NCBI GenBank assembly: GCA_029939635.1
Contig: JAOZSN010000001.1
Coordinates: forward strand, 15,833 to 79,832
Origin: Deltaproteobacteria bacterium
GTDB taxonomy: Bacteria; Desulfobacterota; Desulfobulbia; Desulfobulbales; SURF-16
DNA length: 64,000 bases
Direction of reading: 5' to 3'
Made by a program: the position numbers and the translations under genes. The notes under the pieces were generated by a model, which saw only the letters and a list, made by a program, of their open reading frames with translations, was not told the DNA's origin and searched no databases. The number at the start of each line of letters is the position of its first letter. Within the stretch, counting starts at the first letter, position 1. This document shows positions 1 to 8,528 of the stretch, one piece after another.

Positions 1-539
1 GCAGAAGGATCAAGCTCCCGTAGGGTTCTTCTCATCATAAAAAAATACCCGGCAAACCCTGTTATAGCGACAAAGAGAACAAGGCCCAGAAAGGACTTTT
101 TCAAGCCACCCAGTACGCCACCTTCCCATAAAGGGGCAAACTGCAACTCCACAGTTCCCCAGAGCTTTTGCCCCTTCAGGATGGGAACCTGGACATGGGT
201 CAGAGAAGAACGACCATCCCCAGAACTTTGCCAACGGGACAGATGGTTGCCACTCACTGCCAATAACGTCCCAGCAGAACTGCGCAGGGCGGCAGAAAGG
301 ATAGCATTATCCCTCTCAACCAATGACTTCAAGGTCATCCTGATGGAAGCAAGATCATCATTAGTGGCTGCAGCGGAAAATTGCAGGGCAAGAGACTCAC
401 AGAGATCCTTACGGGCCTCAAAAGCCACCTCATCTCGATTAGGGGCAATACCAATAAAATCTGCCACCAGGAGAAGACTCACGGTTAAAGCCATAATACC
501 GAGACTGATACGTGCTGCCGGAGTTTTAAAAAACTTCAT
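1..539 (-). CDS. Membrane-anchored sensor/signalling protein, N-terminal part (partial, runs off left edge)
   Basis: Absent from the ORF track because no stop falls in the window. The ATG at 539-537 overlaps the TGA (538-536) of the giant gene, giving an ATGA junction. My translation starts MKFFKTPAARISLGIMALTVSLLLVADF. It shows an N-terminal TM, a ~150-aa extracytoplasmic segment, a second TM (LGLVLFVAITGFAGYFFMM) and then RRTLRELDPS. Open for 179 codons to position 3. Confidence 0.6.
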   Translation of the reverse strand, partial: MKFFKTPAARISLGIMALTVSLLLVADFIGIAPNRDEVAFEARKDLCESLALQFSAAATNDDLASIRMTLKSLVERDNAILSAALRSSAGTLLAVSGNHLSRWQSSGDGRSSLTHVQVPILKGQKLWGTVELQFAPLWEGGVLGGLKKSFLGLVLFVAITGFAGYFFMMRRTLRELDPS

Positions 540-3500
540 TTTTCTACCCTATTTTTATCAAACATCTGGTCCACATCATTATTATTCGCTGGTGGTGTGT
601 CATCCTTCTTTTTCTCTTTCTTCTTGGGGAGAATCAAAACAGAAATTGGATCAAAGCCCTTCCATAAAGGAACAGAGGCAAGAAAACTGGAAAAGAGAGA
701 ACCAGCCCTGAGCAGATAGCCCGCAGCCCCAGCGGCCAGGGAAGCAGAGACCCCTTTTGTTGCCAAGGCTGTAAATACATGGCCACGAGAACTCTCAGCA
801 AAATCTGAATCAAGCTCTTGCCGCAAAATTTCAATCTGGCCAGCTACCATGACCTGATCAGCATCAGACAAGGGTCTGAGTAACTCATCATCAAGACCAA
901 ATTGCTCATAGGCAACCTGGGTCGTCTCTTCACTAGCACTACTCAAATAACTACTCCCCACCCCTTGTGATGAAGAGGATTTTTTTGAGTCCTGGTCATA
1001 ATTAAGGGGCAAATACTCATCAAAGGTAAACGGCTGGCTGACAGATTCTTCCGGCTCCATATCATCATTGTTTTCTTGCCAGACCGAATCTCCAAATTGG
1101 GATTCCTGGCTGCGATCATTATCACTTACTTCCAGACCAACAATGTCGTCAGAATTTCCGTCCTCACTCACCTCAGGGGCATCAGGAAGATCAGCGCCAG
1201 GAGAGGTATCGTCACCACCATCTTCCGGCAGAGCCTCATTGAGGTCAGTGACGGCAATGGTAAAATCCATACTGGCCGTACTGCCATCAGCAGAGGTGGC
1301 CAGAGCAATGACAGTATGGCTCTGAGCATTTTCATAATCAAGGGCACCATTGACGGTAATAACCCCGCTGACACTATCAATAACAAACAACCCACCAGCA
1401 TCATCAAGCAAGGAGTAGGTGATCGTACTATTGCTACTATCACCATCAACGGCATGGGCCACCACGCCTACCACTGTACCAAGGGCACTATTTTCAGAAA
1501 CAGTGTTTGGACTGAGGTTACTATCACTAATTGCCGCAACATCAAATTCATCCTCATCAAGCAGATTAATGGTAAAACTCCGCGAACTTGTGCTGCTATC
1601 TGTGGAGGTGGCCTGGACAGTGATGCTGTGACTCGTAGCAGCTTCGCTGTCCAGCAGATGACCAGCTGCCACGGTGACTATGCCACTGTTTGCATCAATA
1701 ACAAAGCGGCCTCCGGCATCATTGCTCAAGCTATAGGTGATGCTATCTCCGCCATCACCATCAGTGGCATGGGCAGTGAGGCCAACACTGCTGCCAGCAC
1801 CACTATTTTCAAACACCGTTTCGCTGACCACAGCGTTGGTATCGACAATAGTAGTGACCGCAAACTCATTGACATCTGCAACTGAAACCGTAAAGGCTCT
1901 ACTATCGGTATTACCATCCTCATCCATGCCATGCAAAATGGCGTCATAGACATTATCGCCATTGCCATCAACGGCAGCCTCAAAATTTCTGGCAATCATA
2001 CTGACCACACCCGTACTTGCATCAACGCTGAACAGGCCGGCATCAGCACCGCTCAAGGTGTAGGTAACATTGCCTATGGGAGTATCACCACTCAAACTCG
2101 GCACGCTACTAGTAAAGATAACATTTTCGGCAATAATACTATCGGCAAGGGCATCGATAGTGAAATTCGCTATTTCAACAGCATCGGTCACCTCCACCGT
2201 AAAAGCCTCGCTATCACTGTTGCTATCGGCATCAGTGGCGATCAAGGTCACCTCATAGACATTATCACCATTGATATCTGCGGCTGCCTCATAATTTCGG
2301 CCAACCATACTGACCACACCCGTACCAGCATCAACAGTGAACAGACCGGCATCTACACCACCAAGGGTATAGATGATGTTGCCAATGGGAGCATCACCAC
2401 TTAAACTCGGCACGCTACTAGTAAAGCTGACATTTTCGGCAATAATACTATCGGCAAGGGCATCAATAGTGAAATTCGCTATTTCAACAGCATCGGTCAC
2501 CTCCACCGTAAAAGCCTCGCTATCACTGTTGCTATCGGCATCAGTGGCGATCAAGGTCACCTCATAGACATTATCACCATTGCTATCAGCAGCAGCCTCG
2601 TAATCTCTGCCAACCATACTGACCACACCGCTATTGGCATCAACGCTGAACTGAGCGGCATCACTACCAGCCAGGCTATAGCTGACTGTACCAATGGGCG
2701 CAGCACCACTTAAGTTCGGGGTAACACTGGTAAATCCGACATTCTCGCTGATAACAGTATTAGCAATGGCGTCGATATTAAAGGTGGCAGTTTCAACCAC
2801 ATCGCTGACGGTGACGGTAAAATCTTCACTATCCGTATTGCCATCAGCATCAGTGGCGACCAGAGTCACCTCATAGACATTATCACCATTATTATCTACA
2901 GCAGCCTCAAAGTTTCTGGCAACCATACTAACCACACCGGTACTGGTATTGACGCTGAACAGGCCCGCATCTGTGCCACCAAGACTATAGCTGATATTGC
3001 CAATGGGAGCAGCACCACTTAAGTTCGGGGTAACACTGGTAAATCCGACATTCTCATTGATAACGGTATTGCCAATGGCATCAATGCTGAAGTTAGCATC
3101 TTCAACCACATCGCTGACGGTGACGGTAAAGGCGGCTTGAGCAGTATTAGCATCAGCATCAGTGGCAACTAAGGTCACCTCATAGACATTATCACCATTG
3201 CTATCAGCAGCAGACTCATAATCTCTGCCAACCATACTCACCACACCGGTACTGGCATCAACGCTGAATAGGCCGGCATCACTACCGCTCAAGGTGTAGG
3301 TGATATTGCCAATAGGTGTGTCGCCATTCAGGTTTGGGGTAACACTGCTAAATACGACATTCTCATTGATAACGGTATTGCCAATGGTATCAATACCGAA
3401 GTTAACGACTTCAACCACGTCGCTGACGGTGGCGGTAAAGGCGGCATTAGCCGAATTAGCATCCTCGTCAATGGCGACCAGGGTCACCTCATAGACATTA

Positions 3501-6500
3501 TCGCCATTGCTATCAGCGGCAGTCTCATAATCCCTGGCAACCATACTAACCACACCAGTACTGCTATTAACGGTGAACAGGCCGGCATCTACACCTGCCA
3601 GGCTATAGGTCACGGTGCCAATGGGAGCAGCACCACTTAAATTCGGAGTGACACTGGTAAAAACGCTATTCTCAACTACCGTTGTATTGGCAATGGTATC
3701 AATGTTGAAGGTGGCGGCTTCAATCACATCACTCACAGTGACAGTAAAGGCTTCACTGGCGCTATTACCATCATCATCAGTGGCAACCAAGGTCACCTCA
3801 TAGACATTATCACCATTATTATCTACAGCAGCCTCATAATCCCTGGCAACCATACTGACCACACCAGTACTGGCATCAACGCTGAACAGGCCGACATCAG
3901 CACCTGACAGGCTATAGGTGACCGTACCAATGGGAGCAGCACCATTTAAGTTTGGTGTGACACTGCTAAAGTCCGAATTTTCATTGACCGTTGTATTGGC
4001 AATGGCATCAATGCCGAAGATGGCAGCTTCAACCACATCGCTGACAGTAACCGTGAATGATTCACTGGCAATATTCGCATCGGTATCAGTGGCAACCAGA
4101 GTCACCTCATAAACATTATCACCATTACTATCTGCAGCAGCCTCATAATCCCTGCTAACCATGCTGACCACACCTGTTCCAGCATCAACGCTGAACAGAG
4201 CAGCATCGCTACCAGCCAGACTATAGGTGACAGCACCAATGGGTGCAGCACCACTTAAAACCGGCGTAACACTGGTGAAAACACTATTCTCGTTGACCGT
4301 TATATCAGCAATGGTATTGATCGTAAAAAGCGCTGATTCAGCGACATTAGACACCGTAACGCTAAAGGCTTCACTGGCGCTATTACCATCATCATCAGTG
4401 GCAACCAAGGTCACCTCATAGACATTATCACCATTATTATCTACAGCAGCCTCAAAGTTTCTGGCAACCATACTGACCACACCGGTACTTGTATTGACGC
4501 TGAACAGGCCAGCATCTGTGCCGCCAAGACTATAGCTAACAGTGCCAATGGGAGCAGCACCACTTAAGTTCGGAGCGCCACTGGTAAAGGCAGCGTTTTC
4601 AGCTACCGTTGTATCGGCAATGGCATCAATGGTAAAGCTGGCCGTTTCCACCACATCGGTGACAGTAACGGTAAAGGCTGCACTGGCGCTGTTGCCATCA
4701 TCATCAGTGGCAACCAGGGTGACATCATAGATATTATCACCATTGCTATCAGCAGCAGCCTCGTAATCTCTGCCAACCATACTCACCACGCCACTACCAG
4801 TATCAACGCTGAACAGGCCAGCATCTGTGCCGACCAGGCTATAGATAATGGTGCCAATGGGAGTATCACCGCTCAAATTTGGCGTAACGCCAGTAAAGGC
4901 GCTATTTTCAGCCACTGTTGCATTGGCAATGGTATCAATGCTGAAGTTGACGTTTTCCACTCCATCGCTGATTGTGACGCTAAAGGCTTCACTATCCGTA
5001 TTGCCATCATCATCAGTAGCAACCAAGGTGACATCATAGATATTATCACCATTGCTATCAGCAGCAGCCTCGTAATCTCTGCCAACCATACTCACCACGC
5101 CGGTACTGACATCAACACTGAACAGTCCCGCATCTGTACCGGCCAGACTATAGGTAATGGTGCCAATAGGGGTATCACCACTCAGATTTGGCGTAACACT
5201 GGTAAAGACGCTATTTTCAACCAGCGTTGTATTGGCAATGGCATCAATGCTGAAGGTGGATGCTTCCACCATATCACTGACGGTGACGCTAAAATCTTCA
5301 CTATCCGTATTGCCATCATCATCAGTGGCAACCAGGGTAAGCTCATAGACATTATCGCCATTGCTATCTGCAGCAGCCTCGTAATCTCTGCCAACCATGC
5401 TCACCACACCTGTACCGGCATCAACGCTGAACAGGCCCGCATCCGTGCCGGCCAGACTATAGGTAATGGTGCCAATGGGGGTATCACCACTCAGACTAGG
5501 TGTAACGCCGGTAAAGGCACTATTTTCAACCACGGTTGTATCAGCAATGGCATCGATACTGAAGGTGGCTGTTTCCACCACATCGCTGACAGTGACGGTA
5601 AAATCTTCACTATCCGTATTGCCATCATCATCAGTGGCAACCAGAATCACCTCATAGACATTATCGCCATTGCTATCCACAGCAGCCTCATAATCTCTGC
5701 CAACCATGCTCACCACACCTGTACTGACATCAACGCTAAACAAACCAGCATCCGTGCCCGCCAGGCTATAGGTAATGGTGCCAATAGGGGCATCACCACT
5801 TAGATTTGGCGTTACACTTGTAAAGACACTATTCTCAACCACCGTTGCATTGCTAATGGCATCAATGCTGAAGTTAACATTTTCCACCACATCGGTAACA
5901 GTGACGACAATACTCTGATTTATGGTATGTGTACCGGCAGAAACAGCAACATCTACACTGTACATATTGTCTGTGCCTGCATCGGAGGGCATCTCAAAAT
6001 TTGGGGCTGTGATAAAACTTAGATTGCCGCTGTCGTCGATTTGAAAGAGATGGTCATCAGCGCCTGTTCCGGCGATGGCATAGCTCAAAGAGTCATTATC
6101 TGCATCTGTGGCAATAACCTGATGGACGGTGGTAGTATTCTCTGCGACACTGGCCGTGGCCGAACTGGAAATTACAGGAGGAGCATTATATTCAACACTA
6201 AGTTCTGGGCGAAACTCTTGACCTGCAACCTCTGAACTGGCAAAGGCCCAATAATCAGAACCAAAAAAGGGTGAATCTCCATCCTGATCCAGAAAGGCCC
6301 AGCCTTGGTTAGAGCCAGGGTCAACAGACCATTTCCGCAGAGAGCTTTCCAAACCATTGATGGTGATATAATCATCATCAATGATATCATTAACACCGTC
6401 ACCAACTGCATTGGCATCAGCATCACCTGTATCAAAACGGACGCCATTGACCATGCTATTCCAGGTCGTCGTAGACTCATCCCAGCCCACAAGCATCTCA

Positions 6501-7525
6501 TGCATGGTTATGGTGGTATCAGAACTGGTATTGTTGATCCATAGCTGCAGAGAGGCAGAGCTAATGGTGGAACCTACGGGTATCTGGCCTAGCCCATCAC
6601 CAAAAAGATTGTCAAAGCGGAGTAACCCTTCAAAGAAATCATCCGAAGAAAACATCCCTCCTTGTTCGTAGGTTACTTGTATATTATCGGCAGTGGTGCC
6701 GTTAGTGGTGTTGTTTCTGTCATCACTATCAAGAAATGTATCCTGTGTCCCACTATAGCCATTGGCATCCCCTTGTTGAAAGGTCGCGGTGAGTAAACGG
6801 GCCTGCCAACTCTGCTGCAGGCCGACGGAGACGGCCAACTGGGATTCAATATTGCCGGTCTGATACTCAAGCTGCCAATCGCCCGCCAGGCTCCCATGAC
6901 CGGTAATATCATCGGAGCCAGCCACATCAGCACCGGTGAGCATGGCGATGGAATCAAGCAGCTGCTGACCTTGCTGAGTGGCAGCAATATTACAGCCGTA
7001 GAAAAGGATGTCGGCCTCCTTGTTCAGACTATCGTTCCAATCGGTCAAGGTGGTGGCATTGGCATTAACTGATGCTGAATCAAGCCAACTATTACCAAGT
7101 TGTACCTGACCATCACTGCCATGGGATATAATATGAATACCATCAACATCTTGAAATTGTACTAAAACATCGCTTATCTGGCTTATGCCATCCTCATTGG
7201 CATTGAGAATAATCACCTCAACCTGGGCATCATCACCCAAAGTACGTACGACATCATCGATAAATTGCTGATAATCTGGGGTGCGGCTATCAATAAAGAC
7301 CAGCTCCAGGCGACTTTCTGCACTCTGTTCTGCTGCCGACTCACTACTCCCCAAGGCAGGGTTCAGCTCTACCTCCAGCACCCCACCATCTCCACCCTGT
7401 TCCACAGAGAGGGAAGAAGTGGCCAGCATGGCTACGCCATCAAGATCTGCTGAAAAAAGCAGTCGAGCCTCAAGCTCTTCATAGTATAGGGCATGGAGCT
7501 GCTTTGTGTGATATTTTCTAGCCAC
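536..7525 (-). CDS. Giant cadherin-repeat surface adhesin (DUF4347-type N-terminal domain, 16 cadherin-like modules, C-terminal hydrophobic anchor-like tail)
   Basis: 2329-aa ORF. The N-terminus MARKYHTKQLHALYYEELEARLLFSADLDG has no signal peptide. Residues ~75-225 (LVFIDS...GIHIISHGSDGQVQLG...ILFYGCN) look like the DUF4347 domain of giant adhesins. Sixteen modules carry the D-x-D/N-G-D-N and VxVxD cadherin-like signatures. An acidic linker follows, then the C-terminal hydrophobic stretch and a KKKEKKK tail. Confidence 0.9.
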   Translation of the reverse strand: MARKYHTKQLHALYYEELEARLLFSADLDGVAMLATSSLSVEQGGDGGVLEVELNPALGSSESAAEQSAESRLELVFIDSRTPDYQQFIDDVVRTLGDDAQVEVIILNANEDGISQISDVLVQFQDVDGIHIISHGSDGQVQLGNSWLDSASVNANATTLTDWNDSLNKEADILFYGCNIAATQQGQQLLDSIAMLTGADVAGSDDITGHGSLAGDWQLEYQTGNIESQLAVSVGLQQSWQARLLTATFQQGDANGYSGTQDTFLDSDDRNNTTNGTTADNIQVTYEQGGMFSSDDFFEGLLRFDNLFGDGLGQIPVGSTISSASLQLWINNTSSDTTITMHEMLVGWDESTTTWNSMVNGVRFDTGDADANAVGDGVNDIIDDDYITINGLESSLRKWSVDPGSNQGWAFLDQDGDSPFFGSDYWAFASSEVAGQEFRPELSVEYNAPPVISSSATASVAENTTTVHQVIATDADNDSLSYAIAGTGADDHLFQIDDSGNLSFITAPNFEMPSDAGTDNMYSVDVAVSAGTHTINQSIVVTVTDVVENVNFSIDAISNATVVENSVFTSVTPNLSGDAPIGTITYSLAGTDAGLFSVDVSTGVVSMVGRDYEAAVDSNGDNVYEVILVATDDDGNTDSEDFTVTVSDVVETATFSIDAIADTTVVENSAFTGVTPSLSGDTPIGTITYSLAGTDAGLFSVDAGTGVVSMVGRDYEAAADSNGDNVYELTLVATDDDGNTDSEDFSVTVSDMVEASTFSIDAIANTTLVENSVFTSVTPNLSGDTPIGTITYSLAGTDAGLFSVDVSTGVVSMVGRDYEAAADSNGDNIYDVTLVATDDDGNTDSEAFSVTISDGVENVNFSIDTIANATVAENSAFTGVTPNLSGDTPIGTIIYSLVGTDAGLFSVDTGSGVVSMVGRDYEAAADSNGDNIYDVTLVATDDDGNSASAAFTVTVTDVVETASFTIDAIADTTVAENAAFTSGAPNLSGAAPIGTVSYSLGGTDAGLFSVNTSTGVVSMVARNFEAAVDNNGDNVYEVTLVATDDDGNSASEAFSVTVSNVAESALFTINTIADITVNENSVFTSVTPVLSGAAPIGAVTYSLAGSDAALFSVDAGTGVVSMVSRDYEAAADSNGDNVYEVTLVATDTDANIASESFTVTVSDVVEAAIFGIDAIANTTVNENSDFSSVTPNLNGAAPIGTVTYSLSGADVGLFSVDASTGVVSMVARDYEAAVDNNGDNVYEVTLVATDDDGNSASEAFTVTVSDVIEAATFNIDTIANTTVVENSVFTSVTPNLSGAAPIGTVTYSLAGVDAGLFTVNSSTGVVSMVARDYETAADSNGDNVYEVTLVAIDEDANSANAAFTATVSDVVEVVNFGIDTIGNTVINENVVFSSVTPNLNGDTPIGNITYTLSGSDAGLFSVDASTGVVSMVGRDYESAADSNGDNVYEVTLVATDADANTAQAAFTVTVSDVVEDANFSIDAIGNTVINENVGFTSVTPNLSGAAPIGNISYSLGGTDAGLFSVNTSTGVVSMVARNFEAAVDNNGDNVYEVTLVATDADGNTDSEDFTVTVSDVVETATFNIDAIANTVISENVGFTSVTPNLSGAAPIGTVSYSLAGSDAAQFSVDANSGVVSMVGRDYEAAADSNGDNVYEVTLIATDADSNSDSEAFTVEVTDAVEIANFTIDALADSIIAENVSFTSSVPSLSGDAPIGNIIYTLGGVDAGLFTVDAGTGVVSMVGRNYEAAADINGDNVYEVTLIATDADSNSDSEAFTVEVTDAVEIANFTIDALADSIIAENVIFTSSVPSLSGDTPIGNVTYTLSGADAGLFSVDASTGVVSMIARNFEAAVDGNGDNVYDAILHGMDEDGNTDSRAFTVSVADVNEFAVTTIVDTNAVVSETVFENSGAGSSVGLTAHATDGDGGDSITYSLSNDAGGRFVIDANSGIVTVAAGHLLDSEAATSHSITVQATSTDSSTSSRSFTINLLDEDEFDVAAISDSNLSPNTVSENSALGTVVGVVAHAVDGDSSNSTITYSLLDDAGGLFVIDSVSGVITVNGALDYENAQSHTVIALATSADGSTASMDFTIAVTDLNEALPEDGGDDTSPGADLPDAPEVSEDGNSDDIVGLEVSDNDRSQESQFGDSVWQENNDDMEPEESVSQPFTFDEYLPLNYDQDSKKSSSSQGVGSSYLSSASEETTQVAYEQFGLDDELLRPLSDADQVMVAGQIEILRQELDSDFAESSRGHVFTALATKGVSASLAAGAAGYLLRAGSLFSSFLASVPLWKGFDPISVLILPKKKEKKKDDTPPANNNDVDQMFDKNRVEK
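1856..5872 (-). repeat. Coding tandem array: 13 copies of a 309-bp (103-aa) cadherin-like unit
   Basis: Each unit starts F(S/T/N/G)ID(A/T)I... and ends ...VTV(S/T)DVVE. The first unit begins at residue 552 (nt 5872) and 13 x 309 bp ends at 1856. The periodic 60-64-aa antisense shadow ORFs in the track (2070, 2373, 2694 ... 5466) reflect the same period. Confidence 0.9.
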
Positions 7526-7528
7526 CGT

Positions 7529-8452
7529 TTAGTTCTCCAGGCTACTCAAATAGGTATCTGCAAAATTGACATCATCCTGGCTCTTACTAAAAACTGAGCC
7601 ATCCTGCTCTTTGTCTACTGCACCAGTCGCATCATCCAAGGGAAAACGGACTGTACATTTCAGCCCACCTGGAATGTGATAATCTGGGTTGGGCAGGGCC
7701 AGACGCACTCTGAAAGTTCCACTGGCTGAATCGATCACCCGCTCAACAATATCAACCGTGGCAATATACTCATTCTCCTGCTGTAATTCTGACTGAACTG
7801 CAACCTCCATCCCCTTTTCAATACGACCAAACATGGTGGCAGGCAGAACAACCTCTACCTTGAGAGGGTCAATACAGGCAATACGCAGCAATGGTTCCTC
7901 ATCCACAAATTCACCTTTGGAGACAAAGCGTTCCATCACCACCCCAGAGATGGGGCTGCTGATTCGACGCTGATTGAGCATGGCATTGGCCCGTTGCAGA
8001 TCAAGTTTGGCCAAGGTGCGATTCTCCTTGGCCTTTTGCAGACGATAGCGGGCAATGGCTACCTCTGTTTCAGCTTCATCTTTTTTCTGAGTGGAGATGG
8101 CCTTGCTGATAAACAGGTCATCAAGTCGATCATAGGCCCGCTCGGCAAAGGCCAGTTTTTCCTGCTGCAGCTTGATCTCCCCCTCAATCTTGGTCTGGGC
8201 CCCAGCCCTGGCCACCGTTGCCCTTTCAACCGAGGAATCGAGCAGGACCAACACATCTCCAGCCTTAACCTCATCACTCTTTTCAACCTTAATAGAGCGA
8301 ATCACCCCACCCATGGGGGTGCCGACATTAACCATCTCACTGGGTTCAATAAGACCGTCAAACAGTGGAGATTCAGCCTGCACCGTGGCACTCAGCCCCA
8401 GGGCACAGACAAGGATCATACAAAAAACTATTTTTTTGCCATTATTCATCAT
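7529..8452 (-). CDS. HlyD/membrane-fusion-protein family periplasmic adaptor
   Basis: N-terminal signal/anchor (MMNNGKKIVFCMILVCALGLSATVQA). Lipoyl-like motif (GGVIRSIKVEKSDEVKAGDVLVLLD), coiled-coil hairpin, and the return half of the lipoyl motif (ISSPISGVVMERFVSKGEFV). Its stop lies 3 nt before the start of the giant gene. Confidence 0.85.
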   Translation of the reverse strand: MMNNGKKIVFCMILVCALGLSATVQAESPLFDGLIEPSEMVNVGTPMGGVIRSIKVEKSDEVKAGDVLVLLDSSVERATVARAGAQTKIEGEIKLQQEKLAFAERAYDRLDDLFISKAISTQKKDEAETEVAIARYRLQKAKENRTLAKLDLQRANAMLNQRRISSPISGVVMERFVSKGEFVDEEPLLRIACIDPLKVEVVLPATMFGRIEKGMEVAVQSELQQENEYIATVDIVERVIDSASGTFRVRLALPNPDYHIPGGLKCTVRFPLDDATGAVDKEQDGSVFSKSQDDVNFADTYLSSLEN

Positions 8453-8528
8453 TAAAAAACCTCTCTTATTCTGTAATAGTTCACCAGGACGACTAAACTT
8501 AACGAAATATAAATCTGTAAAAGTTTAC

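Noticed and set aside
1076-1885. 269-aa plus-strand ORF (and 181-711, 1931-2404) inside the adhesin gene region
   Set aside because: Antisense to a 7-kb uninterrupted ORF with clear domain structure. The translations are low-complexity (I/T/G/N-rich) with no recognisable motifs.
2070-5657. Series of 60-64-aa plus-strand ORFs recurring about every 309 bp (2070, 2373, 2694, 3300, 3615, 3918, 4227, 4542, 4848, 5157, 5466)
   Set aside because: They are antisense shadows of the 103-aa coding repeats of the giant minus-strand gene. Their periodicity and mutual similarity simply mirror that array. There is no independent start or SD evidence.
1856-5872. Regular 309-bp periodic repeat considered as a CRISPR-like or satellite array
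   Set aside because: There is no short direct repeat and unique spacer organisation. The period is an exact multiple of 3 and lies entirely within one ORF, encoding cadherin-like modules.
536-7525. Classical RTX/T1SS substrate call for the giant protein
   Set aside because: I found no tandem GGxGxD nonapeptide block near the C-terminus and no HlyB-type ABC exporter nearby. The C-terminus is instead a hydrophobic segment plus a Lys-rich tail.
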